DNA of 64,000 nucleotides, taken from contig NC_043013.1 of NCBI RefSeq assembly GCF_006345805.1, positions 34,348,001 to 34,412,000 on the forward strand. The letters are read 5' to 3'. Source of the stretch: Octopus sinensis (taxonomy: Eukaryota). Made by a program: the position numbers and the translations under genes. This document shows positions 1 to 12,409 of the stretch, one piece after another; position 1 is the first letter of the stretch, and every line of letters starts with the position of its first letter. Under the pieces are notes generated by a model. It ran no database searches. It was not told the origin of the DNA and saw nothing but the letters and a program-made list of their open reading frames with translations.

Positions 1-124
1 CATTGTACTCTTGATCAAAACATCTCATTTCAAGTTGCTTGTATTCATTCAGTTGTAAATGGTTAACTCTGTGATGAATTGGCATCCCACACTTGGAGTA
101 ATATTGTTCTGCCTGCTTATTCAA

Positions 125-305
125 AATGGCAGTGCGCTGGCAGAATCATTGCCGTTACATGCTGAGGTCGACTTTGCTTCTCATCCTTTTGGGGTCAATT
201 AAAAAAGTACCAGTTATGCAATGGGGTTGATGTAAACAAATTAATCCTTTTGTCTGTCCTTGTTTGTACACTTTTTGTTTAGCCCCTTGTGGACAATAAA
301 GATTT
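125..305 (+). mobile_element. SINE family B copy, internally deleted
   Basis: Contains GCTGGCAGAATC, GAGGTCGACTTTGC-TCATCCTTTTGGGGTC and the TTTAGCCCCTTGTGG-CAATAAAG tail shared with about 18 other copies in the window. Confidence 0.65.
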
Positions 306-502
306 TTCACCCATTTTAAATGATGATGATGATGAGGAGGAGGAGGACAATGATGATGGTGGTTGGTGGTAGTGTTGGCGGTGGTGGTTGTGGTGATGAT
401 GGCAATAACGGTCATGACAATGCTGCTGCTGATGATGATGATGAAAGTGCTGTGTGACTAGCAGTGTATATCAACATCTGGTAGTTTGGTCAATAAAGGG
501 AT

Positions 503-750
503 ATACTCTTTCTCTCTTTCACTCTTTTACTTGTTTCAGCCATTTGACTGTGGCCATGCTGGAGCACCGCCTTTAGTCAAGTAAATCGACCCCAGGACTT
601 ATTCTTTGTGAGCCTAGTACTAATTCTATCAGTCTCTTTTGCCAAACCGCTAAGTTACAGGGACATAAGCACACCAGCATCGGTTGTCAAGTGATGTGGG
701 TGGGGGGACAAACACAGGCACACAAACATATACTCACTCATACATATATG

Positions 751-839
<89 letters not shown>

Positions 840-995
840 TACGAAGGGCTTCTTTCAGTTTCCATTTACTAAATCCATTCACAAGGCTTTCAGCCTGAGG
901 CTATAGTAGATGACACTTGCCCAAGGTGTCACGCAGTGGGACTGAACCTGGAACCATGTGGTTCGTAAGCAAGCTACTTACCACACAGCCACTCA
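503..995 (-). mobile_element. SINE family A, near full length, with internal (TA)n
   Basis: The minus strand reads a tRNA-like head (GTGGCTGTGTGGTAAG...GGTTCAGTCCC), then the body GCAAGTGTC...GAAACTGAAAGAAGCCC, then the tail GAAACAAGTAAAAGAGT. It aligns by eye with copies at 10325, 24920, 40110 and 52862. Confidence 0.85.
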
Positions 996-1037
996 TGGAC
1001 ATATATAAAAGATATTACATCTATGTACATACCAGTA

Positions 1038-1196
1038 CAGGCATGACTGTGGTAAAAAGCTTACTTTCCAACTACATCGTTCCAGGTTCAAACCCACTGT
1101 GTGGCACCTTGGGTGAATGTCTTTTACTATAGCTTCAGCCCAACTGCAGCTACATGAGTAGATTTGGTAGCCAGAAACTGAAAGAAGCTCATAGTA
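1038..1196 (+). mobile_element. SINE family A 5' half
   Basis: GACTGTGGTAAAAAGCTT...GGTTCAAACCC...GGCACCTTGGG...GATTTGGTAG-CAGAAACTGAAAGAAG. Confidence 0.65.
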
Positions 1197-1214
1197 TATA
1201 TATATATATATATC

Positions 1215-1437
1215 TTTACTGCCCTGAAGGGGCTAAACATAGAGGGGACAAACAAGGACAGACGAAGGGATTGAGTCGATTATATCACCCCCAGTGCGAA
1301 ACTGGTGCTTTATTTATCGACCCCGAAAGGATGAAAGGCAAAGTTGACCTCGGCGGAATTTGAACTCAGAACGTAACGACAGACGAAATACCGCTAAGCA
1401 TTTCACCCGGCGCGCTAACGTGTCTGCCAGCTCGCCA
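1215..1437 (-). mobile_element. SINE family B, near full length and little diverged
   Basis: The minus strand reads GGCGAGCTGGCAGA...GTTCTGAGTTCAAATTCCGCCGAGGTCAACTTTGCCTTTCATCCTTTCGGGGTCGATAAA. CpGs are retained. Confidence 0.85.
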
Positions 1438-1452
1438 TATATATATATGAGG

Positions 1453-1657
1453 GTTTGTCTGTGTCTGTGGTCGTCACCCACCACCACCTGACAGCTTCTA
1501 TTGATTAGGTCCCTGTAGCAATCCAGCGAAGGTGGTCAATAGAATAAATATCAGGCTTAAAATAACAAAGAACTGGGTTCAATTCATTTGACTAAAACTT
1601 CTTCAAGATGGTGCCCCAGCATGGCTGCAATCCAGTGACTGAAGCATGTAAAGGATA
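1453..1657 (+). mobile_element. SINE family A 3' half, diverged
   Basis: Matches the family A tail: AATAGAATAA, GGTGCCCCAGCATGGCTGCA and TGACTGAA. Confidence 0.5.
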
Positions 1658-1758
1658 CATATATTGTCGTTTATATTATGTATATAATACATATTTGATA
1701 CACACACACACATATATATAAACACACACACATACATATACACACACATGTGTGTGTG

Positions 1759-2152
1759 TACTACCAGTGCCGGTGGAACATAAGAGAACCATCCAAATGT
1801 GGCCATGCCAGCGATGCCCTGACTGACTACCGTGCCGGTGGCACATAAAAAGCACCATCCGATTGTGGCCATTGCCAGCCTCGCCTCTGTGCCGGTGACA
1901 CGTAAAAAGAACCATCTGACCGTGGCCGTTTGCCAGCCTCGTCTGGCACCTGTGCGGGTGGCATGTAAAGAGCACCCACTACACTCATGGAGTGGTTGGC
2001 GTTAGGAAGGGCATCCAGCCGTAGAAACATTGCCAGATCAGACTGGGCCTGGTGCAGCGTTCTGGCTTCCCAGAACCCAGTTGCACCGTCCAACCCATGC
2101 CAGCATGGAAAGCGGACGCTAAACGATGATGATGATGATGATGATGATGATG
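1759..2152 (+). mobile_element. RTE-type LINE 3' UTR fragment with (GAT)n tail
   Basis: GTTGGCGTTAGGAAGGGCATCCAGCCGTAGAAAC...CCAGCATGGAAAGCGGACGCTAAACGATGATG. The same sequence follows an RTE ORF end at 17769-18528 and 30100-30795. Confidence 0.8.
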
Positions 2153-2519
2153 ACACATTTATATTGTATACAAAATATATTTATATATTTATTTATTTAT
2201 GCACACATATGTACATACACACACACACACACATATAAGTATATATGTATATAAATATATATACATACGTACATACATACATATTTATATATGTACATAT
2301 ATGTATAATCCACCAAGATTAGGAGATGATTGTTTGATGTGCTGATTCTCACTTCGGAATTATCTTTCTGCAAGGGGAGATATTGGAACCATTATCCTGG
2401 TGTGAAGAACACTATCAGAAAATTTATGAGTAGTGAAATCTGAAACAACTTAAAACCTGCACAATGATAATAACTATGATGGTGGTTACGATTATGGTGA
2501 CGGTCATAACAGTAGTGAT

Positions 2520-2636
2520 TATATTATTTTCATTATTTTCATCATCATCATCATCAACATCATCAAGGTCATTACAGTAACAATGATTATTATCACCATT
2601 TCATCATTTTCAATATTATTATTTTTATTATTATTA

Positions 2637-2696
<60 letters not shown>

Positions 2697-2860
2697 CATT
2701 ATTATTATTGAAGATCAGTATTATGATGGTGGTGATTATTACTCTCATCATCATCATCATCATCATCAAGTCTGTTTAAATAACAATTATTATTGCTGTG
2801 TCATTTTAAAAGAAATCATCCCAACAATCATCATCATCATCATCATTATTATTATTATTA

Positions 2861-2893
<33 letters not shown>

Positions 2894-3036
2894 TATTTTC
2901 ATTATTATTATTGTCATCACCATTGATGTCATTATCATCTTATTATCATTGTTAGTATTCAAATTTTAGGCCTTGTGCTAACGCTAGAAATCAACATTAT
3001 CATTATGATCACAGATATTATTGATACTACTATTAC

Positions 3037-3080
<44 letters not shown>

Positions 3081-3195
3081 GTGCTAGTATTAGTAGTAGT
3101 AGCAGCGTTTATGATAGTATTGGTGGTGGTGTTTGTGATGGTTGTCTGGAGGTGTGGAAGGGTTGTAGTGGTGGCGATGATAATGGCTTTTGACA
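2520..3195. repeat. Compound (ATT)n/(ATC)n/(GGT)n microsatellite region
   Basis: Directly visible triplet tracts. Confidence 0.95.
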
Positions 3196-3441
3196 AGATA
3201 GTCACAGCCTGTTGATGTCAGCTCCAACATCATCAGAATATAAATGGAATATCTTCATAGAATGAACTAGTCATAATCATTGTCGGCAACATCATCACCA
3301 GCAGCAGCAGCAGCAACAGCAGTAGCATTGTCTTCATCATCATCATTATCATCATCGCCACCACCTGTCATCATCTTCATTGTCATTATCATCATTATCA
3401 GTACTATAGACAAGAAGGTAAGTGCAAATCCGTAATATAGA

Positions 3442-3444
<3 letters not shown>

Positions 3445-3480
<36 letters not shown>

Positions 3481-3495
3481 TATACATATACATAA

Positions 3496-3545
<50 letters not shown>

Positions 3546-3627
3546 ATTTGTGTGTGTATCTGTACATGTGAGTACTTCAGTGTGTGTGTGTGTGGTGTGT
3601 GTGTGAATATATCTACATACATACATA

Positions 3628-3673
<46 letters not shown>

Positions 3674-4215
3674 TATATGTTTGTATATATGTATGTATCT
3701 CTATGTGTGTGTATGTGTGTGTATGTGTGTGTATATATATATATATATAGATAGATAGATAGATATAGATATACATAAACACACACACACACATATATAT
3801 ATATGGATTTGTGTGTGTGAATATATCTACACACATACATACGTATATATATCTATCTATCTCTATATATATATATATATACATATATATATGTGTGTAA
3901 ATATATATATGTATGTATCTCTGTGTGTGTGTATGCGGGTGTATGTGTGTGTGTGTGTGTGTGTGTATCTCTATGTCTGTGTCTATATGAGTGTGTGTAT
4001 GTTTGTGCTTAGTTATCCTTGCCAGCAACCAAGCATCATCACCATCACAACATTATCATTGTTACTACAGCAGACAAGCAAAGTTGAAACCTGTAATATT
4101 CCATTTTCCTATTTCTTTTATATCTATATATCCTGTATGCGTATGTGTGATGGTGCGTGTATCTGTGTGTGTGTTTGTGTGTGTTTTTGTGTGTGTTTGC
4201 GTGTGTGTGTGTGCA
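3445..4215. repeat. Compound (TA)n/(TG)n/(CA)n region with an internally duplicated block
   Basis: Directly visible. ATAGATATACAT-AAACACACAC...TATGGATTTGTGTGTG occurs twice. Confidence 0.9.
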
Positions 4216-4492
4216 TGCATTTTTTTTATTCGTATGGTTGTTCTTGATTTTTTTTTTTGTTTATTTTTGTTTCTGAAAACCATTTATAGAACAGACATTA
4301 CCAAGTTGCTTTTGGAAAGTTATTCTGATTATATACGATCGTTTGTGACAAGATTTTTCACCCATTTTAAATGATGATGATGATGATGATGATGACGACG
4401 ACAATGATGATGGTGGTTGGTGGCAGTGTTGGCAGCGGCAGCGGTGGTGGTGGTGGTGATGATGATGGCAATAACAGTCATGATGACAATGC

Positions 4493-4529
<37 letters not shown>

Positions 4530-4907
4530 AATGTTGGTTATGATGAAAAAATATGAAGCTGGTGATGAGGCTAGAGAGAAAGATGAGGATGGCAAGGTGT
4601 GTTGGGGGTGGTTGGGGGGGGGGAGAGAGGAAACAATGGCAAGAGTGATTGTGAAGTAGATGCAGAAAATAAAAATGGTTTTTGTTTTTCACGTTTTTCA
4701 TATCCAACAACAACATCAACAACAACTGATGGAATATTCTGTCTATTGCATGAAATAACACTACTACTACTACTACAAACACCACCACCACCACCACCAC
4801 CACCACCACCACCACCACTACCACCACTACTACTACTATAAATAAGAAAATAATACTAGGACTACAAATATAATAATGATAAGAATAATAAAATGATAAA
4901 ATTATCG

Positions 4908-4944
<37 letters not shown>

Positions 4945-5339
4945 CATATGACACGAATATAAAACAAAGACATACATTAGCAAGAGTCAAAATATCAAAA
5001 ATATAGATAAAACGCCATCAATAAGACAAAGCAAAAAACAAAAAAAATGACAACAATAAATATAAAAAAAAAGACATCATTTGAAACTAGTCTGGTCTAA
5101 AGCACTTTTCTGTTTCCTCCTCTTTTTTTTATGTACTCCATATTACTCTCCGCCGTTTCAACTCCCCATCACTTGATGGTTAACTCAACTTGCTGACATT
5201 GGGATTTATAAATAGAATGGTTTTTATCTACTTATATAATCTATATAATAGAGATGACTGCAACAGCTGATGAATGACCAACATGAAAGTGTTAAGATCT
5301 TGCAAATGAGAAAACATAACATGTTTAGGTATATATGAA

Positions 5340-5433
5340 AAGATATCTATCTATTTATCTGTCTGTCTGTCAGACTATCTATTTATCTATCTGTCTATCA
5401 ATCTATTTATGTCTATTTATCCATCTATCTATA

Positions 5434-5480
<47 letters not shown>

Positions 5481-5492
5481 TTATCCATCTAT

Positions 5493-5533
<41 letters not shown>

Positions 5534-5534
5534 C

Positions 5535-5594
<60 letters not shown>

Positions 5595-5601
5595 GTCCAT
5601 G

Positions 5602-5682
<81 letters not shown>

Positions 5683-5707
5683 GTCTGTCTATCTGTCTAT
5701 CTATCTG
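5340..5707. repeat. (ATCT)n tetranucleotide microsatellite
   Basis: About 360 bp of ATCT with sparse ATCC/GTCT interruptions. Confidence 0.97.
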
Positions 5708-5709
5708 TC

Positions 5710-6150
5710 AGTGATGGTGCCTCATAAAAACACCAGTGCTAGCTCCATGTATAAAGTGCTGGTGCCGTGTAAGAAGCGCCCAGTACATTCAGTAAGTGAA
5801 GGCACATGGCCTAATGATTAAAGCAACGGACTCATGGTTGAAGGATCATGAGTTCGAATCTCAGACCAGGTGATGTGTGTATTTATGAATGAAACACCTA
5901 AGCTCCATGTGGTACCAGCAGAAGGTAATGGCGAACTTCCGCTGACTCTTTCACCACAATTTTCTCTCACTCTTTCCTCCTACACCTAGAAGCTCACCTG
6001 CGATGGATCAGTATCCCATCCAGGAGGAGAACCTATACCCCAAGGAAACTGGGAAACTGGCCCTTACGAGCCAGGCATGGCTCGAGAAGGAACAATCAAT
6101 GACAACAGTCAGTAAAGTGGTTGGCATTAGAAAGGGCATCCAGTGGGAAG
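5710..6150 (+). mobile_element. RTE 3' UTR fragment split by a SINE D insertion
   Basis: GCGCCCAGTACATTCAGTAAG at 5776-5796 resumes as CAGTAAAGTGGTTGGCATTAGAAAGGGCATCCAG at 6110. Confidence 0.6.
5799..6108 (+). mobile_element. SINE family D (tRNA head, GAAGGAACAA tail)
   Basis: A-box TGGCCTAATGATTAA and B-box GAGTTCGAATC. Near-TSD TCAGTAAGTG / TCAGTAAAGTG. Homologous to the minus-strand copy at 29004-29313. Confidence 0.8.
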
Positions 6151-6291
6151 AGGTTAGTCACCAGTGCTCAACTAGTACTTAATACATTGATCCGAAAGAA
6201 TGAAAGGCAAAGTCAATCTTGGCAGAATTTGAGCTAAGACAGTAAAGACGCAGAAGAAATATCAATAAGCATTTTGCTTCAAAGCACTGCC

Positions 6292-6334
<43 letters not shown>

Positions 6335-6347
6335 TAATAATAATAAT

Positions 6348-6404
<57 letters not shown>

Positions 6405-6409
<5 letters not shown>

Positions 6410-6736
6410 GAGCATTCAGAGAGTGCAAACCTCCACCAAGGCAACACCAACGTCCTCTCAACGATTAGCCAGAGATGGTTTTTAAAATGAGAATATCTGA
6501 AATAAACTAGACTGCTCTCACAAATGAGAATGCTAAAAATGAACCCGACCATTCTCAAAATTTAAGCAAAAAAAAAAAAACAGGAAAAATTAGCCATAAT
6601 TTTTCTCCGATACCAGATCGATCCCAAAATCTAATCAGTTCGTCCCAATCACAAAGCTAAATATCCCTGAAAATTTCATCCGAATCCATCCTGCAGTTCT
6701 TGTGATATCTTGTCCACCAGTCAAGCAAACAAACAT
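6405..6736 (+). mobile_element. Probable non-autonomous Helitron/Helentron-like element
   Basis: GAAAATTTCATCCGAATCCATCCTGCAGTTCTTGTGATATC followed by CAAGCAAACAAAC resembles the 3' motif of non-autonomous Helitron-like repeats. This is from recollection and unverified. Confidence 0.4.
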
Positions 6737-6749
6737 CCTTTCTACCAAT

Positions 6750-6940
6750 GGCATAATGCCCGAAATTTTGTGGGATGGAGCTAATTGATTACATTGATTC
6801 AATGCTCAAATGGTTCTTATTTTACCAGAAGGATGAAAGGGTAAGTTGATGCTGGAGGAATTTGAACTCAGAATGTGAAAATTGACAAAACACCACTAAG
6901 TATTTTGCCTGGCACATTAATGGTTCTGCCAGCTAACTGA
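6750..6940 (-). mobile_element. SINE family B, diverged
   Basis: AGGATGAAAGGGTAAGTTGA...GAATTTGAACTCAGAATG...GGTTCTGCCAGCT. Confidence 0.65.
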
Positions 6941-7177
6941 TATAATAATGTTGGTTTTTTTTGAAATAGCTACAAATTTACAAATTTATGGGAAGCGGGG
7001 GTTGTTTAATTCAATTGACATCTGTAATTGATTTGTGTCTTATCTTTTTTTTTTTATAGGATCCCAGTATGGCAACAGCTAAAATTTAACTCAGTGAGAT
7101 TTTAATTTAGGATGCAAAGAACTGGAACAAGCACCACAGGGGAATTTTGCCTGTTGATCTAATGTAGGAAGAGGGGG

Positions 7178-7436
7178 AGAAGAAGAAGAAGAAGAAGAAG
7201 AGAAGAAGAAGAAGAAGAAGAAGAAGAAGAAGAAGAGAAGAAGAAGAAAAAGAAAGAAGAAAAGAAGAAGAAAAGAAGAGAAAAGAAGAAAACAGAAAAG
7301 AAGAAAAGAAGAAGAAGAAAGAAGAAAAAGAGAGGAAGAAAAAGAGAAGAAGAGAAGGAGAAGAAGAAGGAAGAAGAAGAAGAGAAGAAGAAGAAGAAGA
7401 AGAAGAAGAAGGAGAGGAAGAAGAAAAAGAAGAAGT
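7178..7436. repeat. Purine-only (GAA)n/(GAAA)n tract
   Basis: About 260 bp with essentially only A and G on the + strand. Confidence 0.97.
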
Positions 7437-8199
7437 CGTAGTAGTCCAATTCTAGTAACAAGTTAGAATGTAGTAAAAAAAAAATGGCAAAAGGAAAAAA
7501 AATGAAAAAATGACAATTACAGCAGCATAATTTTGATTTGTCAAGATGAGTAAAGAGTCTTGTCCAAGAAAAGAACTGAAAATAGTCGTGAGTACAATGA
7601 GACATCAGTCTGAGAATTTACACTTAGCTAAATGAAATTACTTACATGGTAAAAAAAAAAAAAAGAAGCTTCATATAATAATCTACTTTCATTTTCTACA
7701 TTGTAGCAACAGGCGGTGGCAGTGGTGGTGGTATTGGTGATGGTATGGTGGTGATGGTGATGGTGGCGGTGTTTGTTTTTGATTTTCTATTTTCATAAAA
7801 GATTTTTATCAGAAAACAAAACAATAAAAAACACAAAAAAAAATAGATAAAGTAAAAATGGTGATTGATGAAAAAAGATTTATCTATGTATATGTATTGG
7901 TGGAGATAGTAGTGGTGATGGTGGTGGTGGTGGTGATAGGGGTGGTGGAGGGTTCCGATTCAGATCCTTCTAGCTTCACTTCTTTCACTTAATATTTGTT
8001 ATGATGTATGAAGAAGAGATGGATATTATTTTAATGAGTGCAAAGTAATATAAATATATACAAAGTACTCACGCATACACACGTAGCTGTTTGTTTTTTG
8101 GACACTTTTTTTTCCCAGTTTTTTCTTTCACAGTTTCTTTTGTTTATGCTTTTACTATTCATTCATTTAGGTTCTTTTGTTTTCTGTGTGTTTGTATGC

Positions 8200-8216
8200 A
8201 GATGAATAAATGAGTG

Positions 8217-8294
<78 letters not shown>

Positions 8295-9034
8295 TATATA
8301 TATATACTCACATACACACACAAACGTATATACCTGCACATACATACTTACATGCTTTCATTTTACTTCATCTTTCTCTCCCTATGTATGTATTATATAT
8401 AAGTGTATACATACATACACACATACATACTTACATACATATATATATATTACCTCCCCACACACACACACACAATACTTATGTATATACATATACACAT
8501 GCACAAAAACACAAACACATATATAAATGCATACAGAAACATACATAGATGGGAGAGGAATGGAGATGTGGAAGCTTGCCTGTATTCATAAAGATGCATT
8601 AACGAAAACACATATATATATATATATAAATGCACAAACATATACATATATATATATACACACTGATATATATATATATGTGTGTGTGTTTATATGTATA
8701 TGCATATACATATGTATATATGCATGTATATATATGCATGCATATTTGTATATATAGATTTATATATACATTTATATATATATATAAATATATCTATATA
8801 TATATATATACATATATTTATGTATATATATATATACACGCACACATATATATATGTATATATATTTATGTATATATATACACATATATACATACATATA
8901 TAAATATATGCATATATACATAAATATATGTATATATACATACATATATATATATATATGTATATATATACACACACATACACACACACATATATATATA
9001 TATGTATATATACATATATATACACACACACACA

Positions 9035-9074
<40 letters not shown>

Positions 9075-9075
9075 T
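8200..9075. repeat. Compound (TA)n/(TACA)n/(CA)n region
   Basis: Directly visible. Confidence 0.93.
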
Positions 9076-9772
9076 GCATTATGTTCATAATTAATTAGAT
9101 GCATGTGTATGAAAGAACATCAGCACATACATCTATGATAAATGCAGTATATTTATATCTTCTATTTTGAGATGTTTTCAAATATATTGTTTCTCTAGTA
9201 AATGTTGTTTTTGTTATTGGGAATATTGTTTTCTAGCAAGATACAACAATATATACTTTTTTTTTCTCATTTTGTATCATAATATACATTTGTATATTTC
9301 AATTATTTATTGTTAGCATGGACATATATTGTTTGTGTTTGTTTCTTTTATTTTTCTTGAGAATGTGTGTGTGTGCACATGAGCATGTATGTATATGGTG
9401 TATGCATATATGAATACATATATACATATATATGTATATATTTACATATAGACACACACTTATACCTTTATACATATACATTTGCATAGATTTGTACACA
9501 TGGTTGTGTGCGTGTATATGTTGATGTATGCACTCACACACACATGTACACATATATTTATTTATTTATACATATTAATTAGCTATATGTATATATTTAT
9601 TTATCCATATTAATTAACTAAATATATACATATATATATATATATATTATATATATATATATATAAATGCAAACAAGCATATATAAACAGAGATACACAC
9701 ACCTATGTGTATGCACACACATACATGTATAACTCTGTTTATTAATTCTGTATAAACAGGTTACTTAATTGT

Positions 9773-9814
9773 CCATTACCGTACAGTTTCTCCAATAAAG
9801 GCTCTTCAGATAAT
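9773..9814 (-). ncRNA. Degenerate minimal hammerhead-ribozyme-like motif
   Basis: The minus strand reads TTAT-CTGAAGA-GCCTTTATTGGA-GAA-ACTGTACGGT-A-ATGG. The core boxes are intact, stem III is near-palindromic, stem I is weak and the stem II base is mismatched. Confidence 0.45.
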
Positions 9815-10324
9815 ACATTTAGTTTTATTTATGTCATCATTTATAACAATGGAACAATCCTACCGTATTAAAAATGTCAATATAAAGAGAACTAGTGTAC
9901 CATTCAATAAACATTTATTGGTAAAAATATTGAGCAAGAAGCTATTAACTAAAATATTTATACTATATTAATTCATATATTCAATCTACATGAGTATTTA
10001 GTTCTTCTATACTTTTCTATTTTACTATAGGTTAATAAACATTAGTGTATACATACCTACATAAATATATATATATATATATTTGTGTGTGTGTGTGTGT
10101 GTGTATGTATGTGTGTGTGTGTTTTTATGCTGACTTATGATAAAAACAATTTTAGATTAAACTGAAAGAATACTTAATAACTATTGGAAAAAACATTTAT
10201 AATTCTTGTTATTTCATATGAATAGTTTTGACAGTAACTTCATTGTACAATGAATACTAGGCAGGTTGAAATTTCAAAATCCCTGTTAACATTATTCTTG
10301 TAAAAGGTCTATATATGTACACAC

Positions 10325-10738
10325 ATATACATTCTTTTATTTGTTTCAGTCATTTGTCTGCGGTCATGCTGGAGCACCAACTTTTAGTTGAACAAATTGA
10401 CACCATTGACATAAGTGTAGCACTTATTCTATTGGACTCTTTTGCTGAAACACTAAGTTACGGGCATGTAAACATACCAGCATTAGTTGTCAAGTGATGG
10501 TGGGGGGGACAAACACAGAAACACAAACACACACACAAACACCCAAACACAAACACACACACACACATATATATGACGGGCTTCTTTCAGTTTCCGTCTG
10601 CCAAATCCACTCTCAAGGCTTTGGTTGGCCTGAGGCTATAGTAGAAGACACTTGCCGAAGGTTCCATGCAGTGGGACTGAACCTGGAACCATGTGGTTTG
10701 TAAGCAAGCTACTTACCACACTGCCACTCCTGTGCCTA
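10325..10738 (-). mobile_element. SINE family A, near full length
   Basis: Same head, body and tail as 503-995. Ends CAGCCACTCCTGTGCC on +. Confidence 0.85.
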
Positions 10739-10829
10739 TGTGTATATATATTTATATATATAACATATTGTTATATTTATATATAAAACAAATATATTAT
10801 TATCATCGTTATTATTATTATTATTATTG

Positions 10830-11178
10830 CTATTTTACTTTTAATCTGTATTTTTGTTACTGTCACTTGCTGAGACACATCCAGCATCCTGGGGCAAGTG
10901 AATGATAAGAGATATTACAGTATGGCTGAAAGCTTGGGAAAGGAAGATGTAAAATATCTTCATGTAATACAACACAGGCATTTAAATGGATAGGGTTTTT
11001 CTAAGGATGTTAGCAGTATTTGTCAGCAGAATCTTTTGGATTTCTCTGAGACATGGTTCTCCTGGGATCTTATCTAGATGTTTCTGACATCCCTTTCTTA
11101 TCATACCTAGGGCACCAACAATAACAGGAACATTTCTCACTTCAAGATGCCACATCTTTTGTATTTCAATTTCCAGTT
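10830..11178 (-). mobile_element. R4/Dong-type RLE non-LTR retrotransposon, 3' end
   Basis: An open frame 11176->10982 reads LEIEIQKMWHLEVRNVPVIVGALGMIRKGCQKHLDKIPGEPCLREIQKILLTNTANILRKTLSI*. This is the typical C-terminus after the RLE domain (VPVIVGALG, TAxILRK). (TAA)n lies on both sides. Confidence 0.8.
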
Positions 11179-11198
11179 TATTATTATTATTATTATTA

Positions 11199-11247
<49 letters not shown>

Positions 11248-11589
11248 TGAACTTATATAACTGTGGTGATTATATAGATATTATATATATGATAAAATAT
11301 ATAATCACCACTGTGTGAGTCAGCAAATTTTCAGGTTCACTGCTCATCAAAACAGTTCAGAGGATTGCACCTTGATCAAGTGTCTTAGCTTGGTTTTTAT
11401 GTTAGGATGCCTTTCCGAATGCAAACCACTTTGCAAATAATTGTGTCTTTTTGTGACCTCATCACAAGGGAGATGTCATATCTTAGAGAAAGGGTCCTCT
11501 CAAATTTACATTCTATAGAGTGTCCTGAATATCATTTTTCATGATACAGACACAGCTATGTCCATAATGTGACTGAAGGGACTCCTTAA

Positions 11590-12131
11590 CCCTTTAGCAT
11601 TTAATTTGGCCATTTCCATTCTAAGTATTTTACCTGTTTTATGATAAAATTGACCAGATCCAACCTATTACATGTACCCTTCAATGTTATTCTAAAAATA
11701 TAGAATTACATCATTGAACTCTGAAAGGTACAAGATAATGCATGATTAATTCAAAATAATGTGAATAAGTAAACATTACATTTGACTGAGTGAAAGCACA
11801 TGGCTCAGTTGTTAGCGTGTCGAGCTTATGATTGTGAGGTGGTGAGTTTGAATCCCAGACCGGGCTGCGTGTTGTGTTCTTGAGCAAGACACTTTATTTC
11901 ATGTTGCTCCAGTTCACAGGTGCCAAGCTGTATCTGCAGTTGCCTTTCCTTTGGATAACACTGGTGGCATGGAGAGGGGAGGCCTGTATGCAAGGGTGGC
12001 TGCTGGTCTTCCATAAACAAACTTGCCTGGACTTGTGCCTGGGTGAGTAACTTCTTTAGTACCATCCCATGGTCAGTCATGACTGAAGGCGGTCTCAGCA
12101 CATTTGACTGAGAGACCCAAATGCTAAAGGG
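11590..12131. mobile_element. piggyBac-type MITE carrying a nested SINE
   Basis: TTAA|CCCTTTAGCATTT ... AAATGCTAAAGGG|TTAA: a 13-bp perfect TIR starting CCC, with a TTAA target site on both sides. Confidence 0.85.
11791..12099 (+). mobile_element. SINE family E with 13-bp TSD
   Basis: A-box TGGCTCAGTTG, B-box GAGTTTGAATCC and TTGAGCAAGACACTTTATTTC. TSD ACATTTGACTGAG at 11778-11790 and 12100-12112. Confidence 0.88.
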
Positions 12132-12409
12132 TTAAACCTACATCTCTCTGTGCATTTAAAGAATTTTTTACTGAATGAGTAGCTCAAAGGATAATATAGT
12201 CAAGAACATGAAAGATTATGATCGGTCAAAAGGGGGATGGGTGAAAGGGACACTCAGTTTTCTGAAAGAAAATATGTGCAATCAAAATAGACTGAGTAAG
12301 AGGATACAACAATAATAGAGATGACATGATCAAAGAGACAAAATAAGATCGGAAGGTGAGCCAAGATGTGTGAGCCAAGAAGTGTGGAAGTATATAATCC
12401 AAAAAGCAC

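Noticed and set aside
5260-5300. CTGATGA-ATG...CAT-GAAA hammerhead-like core
   Set aside because: Stem II pairs, but no stem I partner or paired stem III can be formed.
7635-7655. Strong minus-strand splice donor GTAAGTAA
   Set aside because: No acceptor or open exon lies upstream of it.
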